Assembly: GCA_902524595.1 (NCBI GenBank)
Contig: CABZDS010000002.1
Coordinates: 2,793-66,792 of the forward strand
Origin: an uncultured Pelagibacteraceae bacterium
Lineage (GTDB): Bacteria; Pseudomonadota; Alphaproteobacteria; Pelagibacterales; Pelagibacteraceae
DNA length: 64,000 bases
Reading direction: 5' to 3'
How positions within the stretch are numbered: position 1 is the first letter of the stretch; every line of letters starts with the position of its first letter. Under the pieces are notes generated by a model. It was not told the DNA's origin. It searched no databases and saw nothing but the letters and a program-made list of their open reading frames with translations. Position numbers and translations under genes: made by a program. Positions 39,670 through 49,573 of the stretch are shown here, one piece after another.

Positions 39670-41265
39670 TTATTTTTTTAAAGAAAACACAGAAGACATA
39701 AGTTTTTTTGTATAATTATTTTTTGGTACACTTATTATATCTTTTGAATTTCCACTTTCTATAATTTCTCCATTGTACATAACAATTATTCTATCGGAAA
39801 AATATTTTACTACAGAAATATCGTGACTTATGAGTATTATTGTTATTTTAAGTTTAGCTTTAAGGTCACTCAACAGATCTAAAATTTGTGATTGAATTGT
39901 GACGTCTAGAGCAGATGTTGGTTCGTCACAAATTAGTATTTGAGGTTTTAATATAATTGCTCTAGCTATTGCTACTCTTTGTCTTTGACCTCCAGATAAT
40001 TGATTTGGAAATCTATTGTAATAATCTTTTGATAAACCAACTAGATTTAAAGTTTTGACAACTTCATTTCTAACTTCAATTTCAGACTTATTCTCATTTA
40101 TCATTAAAGGTCTTGAGATTATGTATCCAATAGTATGAACCGGATTTAGTGTTGAGTAAGGATCTTGAAAAACTGGCTGGATTAATTTGGCGCGATCTGA
40201 AACATTAATATTATCTATTTTTTGGCCTTTTATTTCAATATGACCTTCATCTTTATTAATTAAACCATTAATTATTTTAGCTATAGTCGATTTTCCTGAT
40301 CCAGATTCTCCAACAATAGCCAATGTTTCACCAATCTTTACATCAAAAGATACTTTTTTGACTGCATAAATTATTTCAGGTTTCTTAAAAATTTTAGCAG
40401 GTAATTTGTAACTTTTTGAAATTTCTTTTACTCTAATGATTGGAGTATTCTCAATTTTATCTTTCTTTTGCTCATCCTCTAACTTAAATAAACAATTTAA
40501 TAATCCTTGTGTGTATGGATGCGCTGGTTTCTCTAAAACTTTTGATGTTTTGCCTTTTTCAACAATTTCTCCATTTTCCATTACTATGATGTTATCTGAA
40601 ATTTGAGACACTACTCCTAAATCATGTGATATAAAAATTAATGCCATTCCAATGGTCTCCCTTAATTCTGAAATTAATTGAATTATTTCTTTTTGTACTG
40701 TTACATCTAAAGCTGTTGTAGGCTCATCAGCAATCAACAAAGATGGATTATTTATTAAAGCAAGTGCTATCATTACCCTTTGTCTTTGACCTCCAGATAA
40801 TTGATGGGGATATTGTCCCATTCTTTGCTTATATTTTGGTAATCTCACTGCATCTAAAATTTCTAGAGCTCTTTTTGTTCCTTTGTCAACACTTTCATTA
40901 TTATGATAAAGGTAAGTATCTAAAAGTTGTTTTCCAATTGTATGAACAGGGTTCAGAGCTGTCATTGGTTCTTGAAAGATCATTGAAATTTTCTTTCCGC
41001 TAATTTCTTTATAAAAGTTCTTATTATTTAATTCGTTTAAATTTTTATTTTGAAAGATAATTGAACTTGCTGAAACAGCAGCTTGCTTCGGCAAGAGTCT
41101 TGTAAGTGCTAACATGGATAAAGTTTTACCACTACCAGATTCTCCTACGATACCTAAACTTTCTTTTTCGTTCAGGTTTAAATTAAAGTTTTTTACAGTC
41201 TTCAAATTTTTATTATTTGATTCAAAACTAATATCTAAGTTCTGTATTGTTAAAAACTTACTCAT
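39670..41265 (-). CDS. Peptide/nickel ABC transporter, fused double ATPase
   Basis: Two GESGSGK, two LSGGQRQR, ADEPTTALD / CDEPTSALD. Confidence 0.95.
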   Translation of the reverse strand: MSKFLTIQNLDISFESNNKNLKTVKNFNLNLNEKESLGIVGESGSGKTLSMLALTRLLPKQAAVSASSIIFQNKNLNELNNKNFYKEISGKKISMIFQEPMTALNPVHTIGKQLLDTYLYHNNESVDKGTKRALEILDAVRLPKYKQRMGQYPHQLSGGQRQRVMIALALINNPSLLIADEPTTALDVTVQKEIIQLISELRETIGMALIFISHDLGVVSQISDNIIVMENGEIVEKGKTSKVLEKPAHPYTQGLLNCLFKLEDEQKKDKIENTPIIRVKEISKSYKLPAKIFKKPEIIYAVKKVSFDVKIGETLAIVGESGSGKSTIAKIINGLINKDEGHIEIKGQKIDNINVSDRAKLIQPVFQDPYSTLNPVHTIGYIISRPLMINENKSEIEVRNEVVKTLNLVGLSKDYYNRFPNQLSGGQRQRVAIARAIILKPQILICDEPTSALDVTIQSQILDLLSDLKAKLKITIILISHDISVVKYFSDRIIVMYNGEIIESGNSKDIISVPKNNYTKKLMSSVFSLKK

Positions 41266-42191
41266 TCTTCACTTACCTTGTTGTTAGGATCTGAGACATC
41301 TCTTAAACCGTCTCCCAACATATTTATAGATACAACTAATGTAAAAAGAGCTATCCCAGGCAAAATAATAAGCCATGGCTGAAAAAAAATTGCCTCTTTA
41401 CCTTCGGCTATAAGCAATCCCCACGATGGAGTTGGTGGTTGGATCCCAACTCCCAAAAAAGATAAACTTGCCTCATTCAAAATAGCAATACCAACTTCAA
41501 GAGTGAAAATTACAATAATTTGACTTACTGTGTTTGGAATTATGTCTTTCATAATTATTTGAAATTTACTTGCACCAATTGCACTAGCAGCAGTCACATA
41601 ATCTAAATTTTTTATTTTTTGAGTTGCCGATCTAGATACGACTAAAAAGAAGGCCCAATGAGTAGCTCCAATTACAAATATAACTACAGTAATTGATGGT
41701 CCTATTAAAAAAACAATTGTCATTGCAAGTAAAAGACCGGGTAAAGCCAATTGACATGTGAGTAAATAACTTACAATTTGGTCAACCCAACCTCCAAAGT
41801 ATCCAGCACAAACACCCAAAGTCACTCCAATTATCATCCCAACACATGCAGCACCAAAACCTATAGTTAAAGAAATTCTTGTTCCATATAAAATTCTTGC
41901 AAAATAATCTCTTCCATTACCATCGGTTCCAAATATATATTCCCACGTCCCACCTTCTTTCCAGACCGGTGGTAGTAGTCTTTTTGTCAAATCTTGTTCA
42001 TAAGGAGAAACATCCAAAATTACTGGACCAAATATTGCAAATAAAAAAATTACCGTTAGTAAAAATAGCCCAAATTTAAAACCTCCGTGATTTGATGATT
42101 TTCTTATTATTAGTTCTTTAGGTGTTAAGTTATAAATCTGTTCATCAAAAGATCTTGGAAATAATCTTTTTAAAAAAGTTTTAAATATCAT
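41262..42191 (-). CDS. Peptide/nickel ABC transporter permease (DppC/OppC-like)
   Basis: FGTDGNGRD, EASLSFLG.G.QPPTPSWG, LGDGLRD. Confidence 0.95.
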   Translation of the reverse strand: MIFKTFLKRLFPRSFDEQIYNLTPKELIIRKSSNHGGFKFGLFLLTVIFLFAIFGPVILDVSPYEQDLTKRLLPPVWKEGGTWEYIFGTDGNGRDYFARILYGTRISLTIGFGAACVGMIIGVTLGVCAGYFGGWVDQIVSYLLTCQLALPGLLLAMTIVFLIGPSITVVIFVIGATHWAFFLVVSRSATQKIKNLDYVTAASAIGASKFQIIMKDIIPNTVSQIIVIFTLEVGIAILNEASLSFLGVGIQPPTPSWGLLIAEGKEAIFFQPWLIILPGIALFTLVVSINMLGDGLRDVSDPNNKVSEE

Positions 42192-43102
42192 AATCTTAAC
42201 CTCGGATCTAAATAAGCATTTAGAATGTCAGCTAACAAATTAAAAAAAAGAAATATAATAGCAAAAACAAATACTAAAATCTGGACAGTTGGTATGTCTG
42301 CACCTAAAATTGACTCTAAAGCAAGTCTTCCTAAACCATTAATAGCAAAGACTGACTCTGTAATAACTGAACCACCAAATTTATTTCCTAATTGAACTGC
42401 TAATACACTTACTACTGGTAAAAGTGCGTTTCTTAAAGCGTGATTAAAAATCAACCTCCATCCATAAAAGCCACTCGATCTTGCTGTTCGAATGTAGTCC
42501 GCATTTATTACATCTAATAATCCAGTTCTCATTAATCTCATAACTGCAGGTACTGAGCTTGCTCCTAAAACAATGGAGGGTAATACAAAGTGAAATAAAG
42601 TTTTGTCCCCTGAAACAGGAAATATTGGAAATGCTAATGCAAAAATTAGTATCATTATAAGACCTAACCAGAAGTTAGGAACAGCTTGAGCAGTAACAGC
42701 TATACCAAGTGCCATTCTATCAATTAAAGAATTTGGATTTAATGCAGCCATAATTCCTAAAGGTATAGATATTAAAATTGTTACACTTACAGACATTAAT
42801 GCTAAAGTTATTGTTTCTGGTGCTCTATCTACAAGTAGTGAAATTACTGGTTTGTTCCAATAATAGCTTTCTCCTAAATCTCCCTGAAAAATTCCTGTGA
42901 ACCATTCAAAATATCTAACAGTTATACTTCTATCAAAACCATATTGCTCTCTTATTTGCTCTATTTCTTCAAATAAAGCGTCTTCCCCAGCTATTGCTTG
43001 GGCAGGATCAATTACATAATTGAGTAAAAAAAAAGTTACAATTGAAAGTGTTAGACCAACACTTAAAACAACAATTAATCTTCCGGCAATAAATTTTAAC
43101 AT
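42188..43102 (-). CDS. Peptide/nickel ABC transporter permease (DppB/OppB-like)
   Basis: GDLGES, PNFWLG, DYIRTAR..G, HALRNA, ESVF...GLG, YLDPR. Confidence 0.95.
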   Translation of the reverse strand: MLKFIAGRLIVVLSVGLTLSIVTFFLLNYVIDPAQAIAGEDALFEEIEQIREQYGFDRSITVRYFEWFTGIFQGDLGESYYWNKPVISLLVDRAPETITLALMSVSVTILISIPLGIMAALNPNSLIDRMALGIAVTAQAVPNFWLGLIMILIFALAFPIFPVSGDKTLFHFVLPSIVLGASSVPAVMRLMRTGLLDVINADYIRTARSSGFYGWRLIFNHALRNALLPVVSVLAVQLGNKFGGSVITESVFAINGLGRLALESILGADIPTVQILVFVFAIIFLFFNLLADILNAYLDPRLRL

Positions 43103-43125
43103 ATGTTATTTTTTTATTGCCGGAA
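43081..43125 (-). promoter_or_regulatory. Inverted repeat enclosing the permease start codon
   Basis: TTCCGGCAATAAA (43081-93) / TTTATTGCCGGAA (43113-25), inner palindrome TAACATATGTTA (43097-108). Confidence 0.7.
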
Positions 43126-43157
43126 TTATTACATATTTTGCCTGTAAATAGACAACT

Positions 43158-44687
43158 CTATTTCCAAGTTATATTCCACAATCTTGGATATCCATCAGGG
43201 TCTAGTTTAAAATCAATTGATTTGCTCGATAAAACTCCTTCTGAATATGACCATAAAGGTACCCAATAAGCCTGATCAGCAATCAATTTTAGACCTTGTG
43301 CATATAAACTTTTTCTTTTTTCTACATCTAAAGTTTGTTCAGCACTTAGCATTAACTCATTAACTTTTGGATCTCCCGATAAATTTCTGTCACCTTTTGC
43401 AGGATCTCTCCAATGAATATTAGAGATAGTTGCTGTATCTGGTGATGCAGTTGAGCCCCAAGTTCCAAAATAGGCTCTTATCTCCCTATTTTTTCTAGCT
43501 TTATTTAATGCAGAAAGTTTACCATGTTTAAGATTTACTTTGATGCCAACTTTACCAAGATCTTCGGCCATTGCTTGAGCTGCTTCTTTATCCCTATAGG
43601 ACCATAAATCAAGTTCAAATCCATTTGGATAACCTGCTTTAGCTAAAAGTTTTTTTGCTCCATCTGGGTTATAATCATATTTTTTAACATCTTGAAAACA
43701 TCCAAACACTACCGGATTGCAAGCTGTGTGTATTGCTTTTGCTGGACCACCTATTAGGTTTTTTGCAATACTTTCTCTATTAATTGCATGGTTCATTGCC
43801 CTTCTGACATCAAGTTTAGTTATTGGATTTCCTTCACCTGAGTATCCCCCAGCATCAAGAACTAAAAAACCTACACGCAAACTAGGACCAAGCTGGTAGT
43901 CAGCTTTTCCAGTTTTAGCCATTGCTTCTCCAATATCTTTTTTGACATTATACATCCAATGAATACCACCACTCATCAATTCCGCCTGCTGAGTTCCCAT
44001 ATCAGGAATCGAACGAATGACCACATTTTTAATTGCTGGCATACCTTTTGGTCCACCATAATAATCATCATTTCTCACTAGCACTACTTCGACACCTGGA
44101 TCAAATGAAACCACTTTGTATGGACCAGTTCCATTTAATTCATTTAATTGAGCGCTATCATTCCAATTGCCTTCAGTACCCATTATACCATTTTTTCTAA
44201 TCTTAATTCTGTACAAATCATTAAAAAGATTTGCATATGGATATTTTGATTTAAATCTGATGGAATGTTTTCCTGTTTTTTCTATACTTTCTAACCATCC
44301 TTTTATTTTTTTACTTCGTCTATTTTTTTCGTTTTTTACAATAAAATTGTAAGTATAAACTACATCATCTGCAGTAACTTCAGATCCATCATGAAATTTT
44401 GCATTCTTTCTCAAATTTATATCTATCGTAGTATCATCTACAATTTTAAAGTCAGATGCAATATCTGGCACATATGATAGGTCTTCTTTATTGACATAGA
44501 ATAGTCCACTATCAATCATATCTCCTAAAATCAAAAACTCTGTTTTTGTTCCATAATGATAATCTAGTTGAGTTAATTCTCTAGAAAAAGCAGCTACTAA
44601 AGTATCATCTGATTTATCAGCAAAAACATTTATAGGAAACATTAATGAGATTAATAATGATAATATTAATGATTTTATTTTATTCAT
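43158..44687 (-). CDS. Family 5 extracellular solute-binding protein
   Basis: Signal peptide; LRKNAKFHDG..VTADDV.YT, GTGPYK, VRRAMNHAINR; GAGGAGG SD. Confidence 0.95.
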   Translation of the reverse strand: MNKIKSLILSLLISLMFPINVFADKSDDTLVAAFSRELTQLDYHYGTKTEFLILGDMIDSGLFYVNKEDLSYVPDIASDFKIVDDTTIDINLRKNAKFHDGSEVTADDVVYTYNFIVKNEKNRRSKKIKGWLESIEKTGKHSIRFKSKYPYANLFNDLYRIKIRKNGIMGTEGNWNDSAQLNELNGTGPYKVVSFDPGVEVVLVRNDDYYGGPKGMPAIKNVVIRSIPDMGTQQAELMSGGIHWMYNVKKDIGEAMAKTGKADYQLGPSLRVGFLVLDAGGYSGEGNPITKLDVRRAMNHAINRESIAKNLIGGPAKAIHTACNPVVFGCFQDVKKYDYNPDGAKKLLAKAGYPNGFELDLWSYRDKEAAQAMAEDLGKVGIKVNLKHGKLSALNKARKNREIRAYFGTWGSTASPDTATISNIHWRDPAKGDRNLSGDPKVNELMLSAEQTLDVEKRKSLYAQGLKLIADQAYWVPLWSYSEGVLSSKSIDFKLDPDGYPRLWNITWK

Positions 44688-44788
44688 ATTTCCTCCTCAA
44701 TTAATTAGAAGTTAACATCAAAATGAAAAAAATTAAATTATTACTTTAATTTTTTTTTGTTATATTTGAAAAAATAATAAGTAATTTT

Positions 44789-46159
44789 ATGAAAATGAAA
44801 AATATTAGAAAAATTGAGCTAAAGAATTTATTGAAAAAAGAAACTTTTTGGCAAAGTTACTCAAATGTGGAGGCAGAAATGGCAATAGCTCAAAGCCAAG
44901 TAGGCATTATTCCTAAGAAAGCCGCAAGTGTAATCAAGAAAAAATCAAAATTTTCAAGAAAAAATATTACTGATGTAGAAATTTTACAAAAAAAAAATAA
45001 AAAAATTATATTATCAATTGTTAAAGTTTTAGCAAAAAAAAGTGGAAAGTCTGGTGGTTATGTTCATTGGGGTGGTACAACACGAAATATCATTGATACG
45101 GGAAATAAACTAATATTTAGAGAAATTCATAGATCAATTCTTAAAGAATTATCAATCACTATAAAAAAATTGTCAATCATGTGTAAGAAAAACTCAGACG
45201 TACCAATGATGGCAAGAACCATGGCTAAAAATGCATTACCTATAAGTTTTGGGTTTAAAATCGCAGGATGGTTAGAAAGTTTAATAAGATTGGATAAAAG
45301 ATTTAAAAATGCCGAAAAAACTTATTTTACTTTATTTTTTGGTGGAGCAGTCGGAGCAATGCATGGATATAAAAACAAGGGTAAAAAATTTACTAACCTA
45401 TTAGCAAAAAATTTAGGCTTCTCGAATTCTTTAGTACCTAACAGAGTTTCTTTAGAAACAAGTTTAGATTTTGTAAATTCTTTATCATTTCTAGGAGTTG
45501 TTGTGGGCAAAATCTCAAATGATATTTATATGCTTATGCAACAAAGCATCGAGGAATTATCTGAACAGCAGAGTAAAAATCAAATTGGTAGCTCTACTAT
45601 GCCTCATAAAGTAAATCCCTTTACTATATATCGTGTTTTGCGGGATGCATCATTATTAAGAGGAAAATCATCAAGCTTATCCGATAGTGCAATAACCCTT
45701 TTTGAAGGAGACGCAAAAAACGATTTTGTAATCGAAGAAATTTTGAAAGAAACATTAATTTTATCTTTAAATCTCTTAAAAAATTTCAATTTATTATTGA
45801 GTAAATTAATAATTAATAAAAAAAAAATGAATGAAAATTTACTAAAAGAAAAAGAGTACATAGCCTCTGAAAATATAATGTACAAATTGGGTTCAAAAAT
45901 TGGCAGACAAAGGTCTCACGAATTAATTAATAAAATAATTAAAAATTCATTTAATAATAAAAAATCTATAATAGATGAGATCTTAAAAAATAAAGAGATT
46001 AGAAAATATTTTACAAAACAACAAATTAAAAAATTCTTAAATCCTTTAGATTACTTAGGTGAAAGCAAATCTGTTAGTTTATCAACTTACTTATACTCAA
46101 TGAAATATTTGAAAAATATTCTCATACGAATTAATAAAAAAAATTTGGGTGTATTTTAA
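44789..46159 (+). CDS. Fumarase/aspartase/adenylosuccinate-lyase superfamily enzyme (PurB/PcaB-like, substrate unknown)
   Basis: HWGGTT, ART, GGAVG, signature GSSTMPHKVNP, C-terminal GRQ.SHE..LNP..YLG. Confidence 0.85.
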   Translation: MKMKNIRKIELKNLLKKETFWQSYSNVEAEMAIAQSQVGIIPKKAASVIKKKSKFSRKNITDVEILQKKNKKIILSIVKVLAKKSGKSGGYVHWGGTTRNIIDTGNKLIFREIHRSILKELSITIKKLSIMCKKNSDVPMMARTMAKNALPISFGFKIAGWLESLIRLDKRFKNAEKTYFTLFFGGAVGAMHGYKNKGKKFTNLLAKNLGFSNSLVPNRVSLETSLDFVNSLSFLGVVVGKISNDIYMLMQQSIEELSEQQSKNQIGSSTMPHKVNPFTIYRVLRDASLLRGKSSSLSDSAITLFEGDAKNDFVIEEILKETLILSLNLLKNFNLLLSKLIINKKKMNENLLKEKEYIASENIMYKLGSKIGRQRSHELINKIIKNSFNNKKSIIDEILKNKEIRKYFTKQQIKKFLNPLDYLGESKSVSLSTYLYSMKYLKNILIRINKKNLGVF

Positions 46160-46162
46160 AAT

Positions 46163-47050
46163 TTAATTTTGAAGATCTTCTTTAAATTTCTTTTCACTTT
46201 TGTTTAGAGAATCTCTGTATGCAATGTAGCTAACAGACAATATTACAATCATACCTCCAATCCACGTCCATATATCAGGTATTTCTAAAAAAATTGTATA
46301 ACCAATTATAGATGTCCATATCAATTTAGTGAATCTAAATGGCATTACAAAACTAGTCTCCGCTAACTCTAATGCTTTATTAGAACAAAACATCACTAAA
46401 GTTCCGCATAAAGCTATACAAACTAGCAATATTGATTGTTTAAAGTCAGGTGTTTGCCAATTAAATAGAGCTATAACAAATAGAATAGGGCTTATGATAC
46501 TTAGTCCATAAGTCATTATGGTAATCACGCTGTCTGTTCTTGTTAAATATTTAACAATTATTATTACAAAAGCGAACATAAATGTTGCAGTTATAATTAT
46601 TAATGATCCTATTTCTAATTCAATAAAACCTGGTCTTAGAACAATTAATATCCCTATAAATCCAAATACAAGCCCAATTGTTCTATGAATTTTTATTACC
46701 TCTTTTAAAATTATGATTGATAAAATTGTTGCATATAACGGTACAGCAAAAGTTAATGCTGCAGCCTTTTCTAACGCAATAAGACTTATACCTGTAAAAG
46801 TTAATAGCATAGTTAAAGAATTAACAACACCTCTCAAAATATGAATTTTCAAATTTTTAGTTTTAAAAATATTAATTTTGCTTCTTATTATTATTGGTGA
46901 TAAAATTATCAGGCCAATAAAAGCTCTGAAAAAAGCAATCATATAAGTATTTAAATCCGATGACAAATATTTGATAATCAGAAACATAACTGAAGATGCC
47001 AATGTTCCTAAAACAGTTAGCAATATTACGTATAATTTAATATTATTCAT
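46163..47050 (-). CDS. DMT/EamA family transporter
   Basis: About 10 TM helices, FFRA, LKE......R, VLRPG, IFLEIPD. Confidence 0.9.
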   Translation of the reverse strand: MNNIKLYVILLTVLGTLASSVMFLIIKYLSSDLNTYMIAFFRAFIGLIILSPIIIRSKINIFKTKNLKIHILRGVVNSLTMLLTFTGISLIALEKAAALTFAVPLYATILSIIILKEVIKIHRTIGLVFGFIGILIVLRPGFIELEIGSLIIITATFMFAFVIIIVKYLTRTDSVITIMTYGLSIISPILFVIALFNWQTPDFKQSILLVCIALCGTLVMFCSNKALELAETSFVMPFRFTKLIWTSIIGYTIFLEIPDIWTWIGGMIVILSVSYIAYRDSLNKSEKKFKEDLQN

Positions 47051-47107
47051 TGGATAGATTTATCTCTATATCAAATATGTTTAGTTCCAAATAATTGATA
47101 TAAATTT

Positions 47108-48184
47108 TTAATTTGTAGTTGATCTTAATCTATTTCTTAATTCGTCGATAGGTTTAAGAGAATTTCCAGATTTATAATACCAAAAAGTCCAACCGTTACA
47201 GCTCTCAGAACCTAATATTTGTGCAGCAACTTTATGAATTGATCCTTCTGATTTACGATATTTTATACTACCATCAATCATAATTTTCGCATTGATTTGT
47301 TTTTTTTGATCAAAAATTTCAGTACCAGGTTTAATAATTCCTAATTCAACTAAAGATCCAAATGGAACTCTTGGTTTCGATCTATTATTTTTTATAGTAT
47401 CCAAATATTCATCCTGAATAACTTTTGTATTTTTAATTCTTTTTCTTGCTGCCTCAAAATAGTTTTTTTCTTTTTCTACCCCAAAATAATTTCTAGCTAA
47501 CTTTTTGGAAACTACAGCAGTTGTTCCCGTACCAAGAAACGGATCCAATATTAAATCGCCTTTATTAGAGGATGCTAATATAATTCTGTGCAATAAAGAC
47601 TCTGGCTTTTGCGTTGAGTGAACTTTATTACCATTATTTTTAAGTCTTTCTTTTCCATTACATATAGGTAAATTCCATGTAGATCTCATCTGTAGATCAT
47701 CGTTTAAACATTTAAGTGATTGATAATTAAAAGTATATTTTGAGCCTTCACTTTTTGATGCCCATATTAGTGTTTCGTGCGCATTCGTAAAACGTGTTCC
47801 TCTAAAATTTGGCATAGGGTTGTTTTTGTTCCAAATTACATCATTTAGTATCCAAAAACCTAAATCTTGCATTTTTGAACCAACTCTAAAAATATTATGA
47901 TAACTTCCTATGACCCAAATAGATCCATTTTTTTTTAAAATTCTTTTACATTCTTTAAGCCATTGAACTGAGAACTCATCGTAACTTTTAAAACTATCAA
48001 ATTTATCCCATACATCGTCTACAGCATCGACTTTAGATCTATCAGGTCGACTTAATTCTTTTTTCAGTTGAAGGTTGTAAGGTGGATCTGCAAATATCAG
48101 ATCAAAACTTTCAGCCGGAATTTTTTTTAATTCCTTAATACTATCTCCATTAATAATTTTATTTTTTAAGTCTGAAATGATCAT
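47108..48184 (-). CDS. ccrM: GANTC-type adenine DNA methyltransferase (CcrM/M.HinfI family)
   Basis: FADPPYNLQL, NPMPNFRG.RFTNAHET, HSTQKPE, LDPF.GTGTT, C-terminal GSIH..CNGWTFW domain; next to rnhB. Confidence 0.93.
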   Translation of the reverse strand: MIISDLKNKIINGDSIKELKKIPAESFDLIFADPPYNLQLKKELSRPDRSKVDAVDDVWDKFDSFKSYDEFSVQWLKECKRILKKNGSIWVIGSYHNIFRVGSKMQDLGFWILNDVIWNKNNPMPNFRGTRFTNAHETLIWASKSEGSKYTFNYQSLKCLNDDLQMRSTWNLPICNGKERLKNNGNKVHSTQKPESLLHRIILASSNKGDLILDPFLGTGTTAVVSKKLARNYFGVEKEKNYFEAARKRIKNTKVIQDEYLDTIKNNRSKPRVPFGSLVELGIIKPGTEIFDQKKQINAKIMIDGSIKYRKSEGSIHKVAAQILGSESCNGWTFWYYKSGNSLKPIDELRNRLRSTTN

Positions 48185-48199
48185 TTTATATTTTTGAAT

Positions 48200-48220
48200 T
48201 AGACTCCAGTCAGGAGTCTA
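48200..48220 (-). promoter_or_regulatory. Inverted repeat upstream of ccrM containing two GANTC sites (probably the described SAR11 bablM motif)
   Basis: TAGACTCC-AGTCA-GGAGTCTA; GACTC 48202-06, GAGTC 48214-18. Confidence 0.7.
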
Positions 48221-48262
48221 CGTCAACTTGAGATTGAATTTATTGAGTGATAATTGTTATGA

Positions 48263-48838
48263 TTATTTTTTAAGACTCAATATCTTGTGTATTGGTTGGA
48301 AGGTTTTTCTATGAAATCTAGTCACTCCAAATTTTTTAATAGCTTTAATATGATCCTTAGTTCCATAACCTGCATTATTATCCCAGCCGTATTTTTTTAA
48401 AGAAAAAGACATCTTTTTCATTAGCTTATCTCTTTCAACTTTAGCAATAATCGATGCGGCTGAAATTTCAGGAATTTTTTCATCACCTTTTACAATAGTT
48501 TTAATAACATAATTTTTTAAGTCTGGTGGTTTATTACCATCTATTAAAACTTTATAAGGTTTCAATTTCAGTTTCTTAATTGCTCTTTTCATCGAAAGTA
48601 GGCTAGCATTTAAAATATTAATTTTTTCAATTTCCTTTATTGATGCAGATCCTAACGCCCAAACTGAATTTTTTTTTATATATTTAGCTAAAGTTGCCCT
48701 CTGAATTTTGTTAAGTTTTTTTGAATCTTTAAGAATTTTTCTATTAATTTCTTTATTTAATATAACAGCAGCTGCATAAACTGGTCCCACAAGGCTTCCT
48801 CTTCCAACTTCATCAACCCCAGCAATAATTTTTTTCAT
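48263..48838 (-). CDS. rnhB: Ribonuclease HII
   Basis: GVDEVGRG, DSKKL, IDGN, VKGD, AASIIAKV.RD, GYGT..H. Confidence 0.97.
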   Translation of the reverse strand: MKKIIAGVDEVGRGSLVGPVYAAAVILNKEINRKILKDSKKLNKIQRATLAKYIKKNSVWALGSASIKEIEKINILNASLLSMKRAIKKLKLKPYKVLIDGNKPPDLKNYVIKTIVKGDEKIPEISAASIIAKVERDKLMKKMSFSLKKYGWDNNAGYGTKDHIKAIKKFGVTRFHRKTFQPIHKILSLKK

Positions 48839-48857
48839 ATAAAATACTATTAAAAAT

Positions 48858-49562
48858 TTAAATCTCTAAACCAGTTTCGTCTATTTTTTTTCTAATTTCT
48901 TTAAGATCGGCCCAAGAATATTTTTTTTGATCTGCTTGTCTTAGCAGATATGCTGGGTGAAAAGTTATCATTGTTAAATATGTTTTATTATTAATTATTA
49001 CTTCCTTCCATTTTCCTCTTTCTTTAGAAATTTTAATTTTATTCCCGAAGAGCGCTTCCATCGCTGTGCTTCCCATTAAAATAAGTATTTCTGGATTTAT
49101 AACCGAAATATGTTTTCTTAAATATTCAGAGTATCTATTTATTTCTGATATTTCAGGCTTTCTGTTATTTGGAGGTCTATAATTTACAACATTAGTTATA
49201 TACACGTTAGTTCTATCTAAATTAATAGCTTTCATCATTTTATTTAAAAGCATTCCTGCATCACCAACAAAAGGTTTTCCTAATTCATCTTCTTTTTGTC
49301 CAGGTCCTTCACCTACAATCATTATTTTTGAAGATGAATTTCCATCACTGAAAACAAGATTTTTTGCACTATTTTTTAGTTCACAATCTTGAATTTTTTC
49401 TATTTCAACTCTAAGTTTTGCTAATTCTTCAGATTTTTCTTTATCAGAAGTATTATTTTTAAATCTATTTATTGGCTCAATACTAAATTCATACTCAATA
49501 CCTAGTTCGTTTAATAAATCATTATCTAATATGTCATTTTGATTTTTTTCATTTAAAGTCAT
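48858..49562 (-). CDS. Uracil-DNA glycosylase family 4
   Basis: VGEGPG..ED..G.PFVG, YITNVV..RPP.NR, TFHPAYLLR. Confidence 0.93.
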   Translation of the reverse strand: MTLNEKNQNDILDNDLLNELGIEYEFSIEPINRFKNNTSDKEKSEELAKLRVEIEKIQDCELKNSAKNLVFSDGNSSSKIMIVGEGPGQKEDELGKPFVGDAGMLLNKMMKAINLDRTNVYITNVVNYRPPNNRKPEISEINRYSEYLRKHISVINPEILILMGSTAMEALFGNKIKISKERGKWKEVIINNKTYLTMITFHPAYLLRQADQKKYSWADLKEIRKKIDETGLEI

Positions 49563-49573
49563 AAAGTAAAATA

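Noticed and set aside
44726-44756. 12-bp inverted repeat in the SBP/lyase divergent spacer as an operator
   Set aside because: The arms are pure A/T in an extremely AT-rich spacer, so chance occurrence is plausible; no regulator nearby.
39649-47107. att-type repeats flanking the ABC/lyase block
   Set aside because: No direct repeat, tRNA or recombinase found by eye at either boundary.
47108-48184. Methyltransferase as part of a restriction-modification system
   Set aside because: CcrM-type sequence in its usual rnhB context with no cognate endonuclease.
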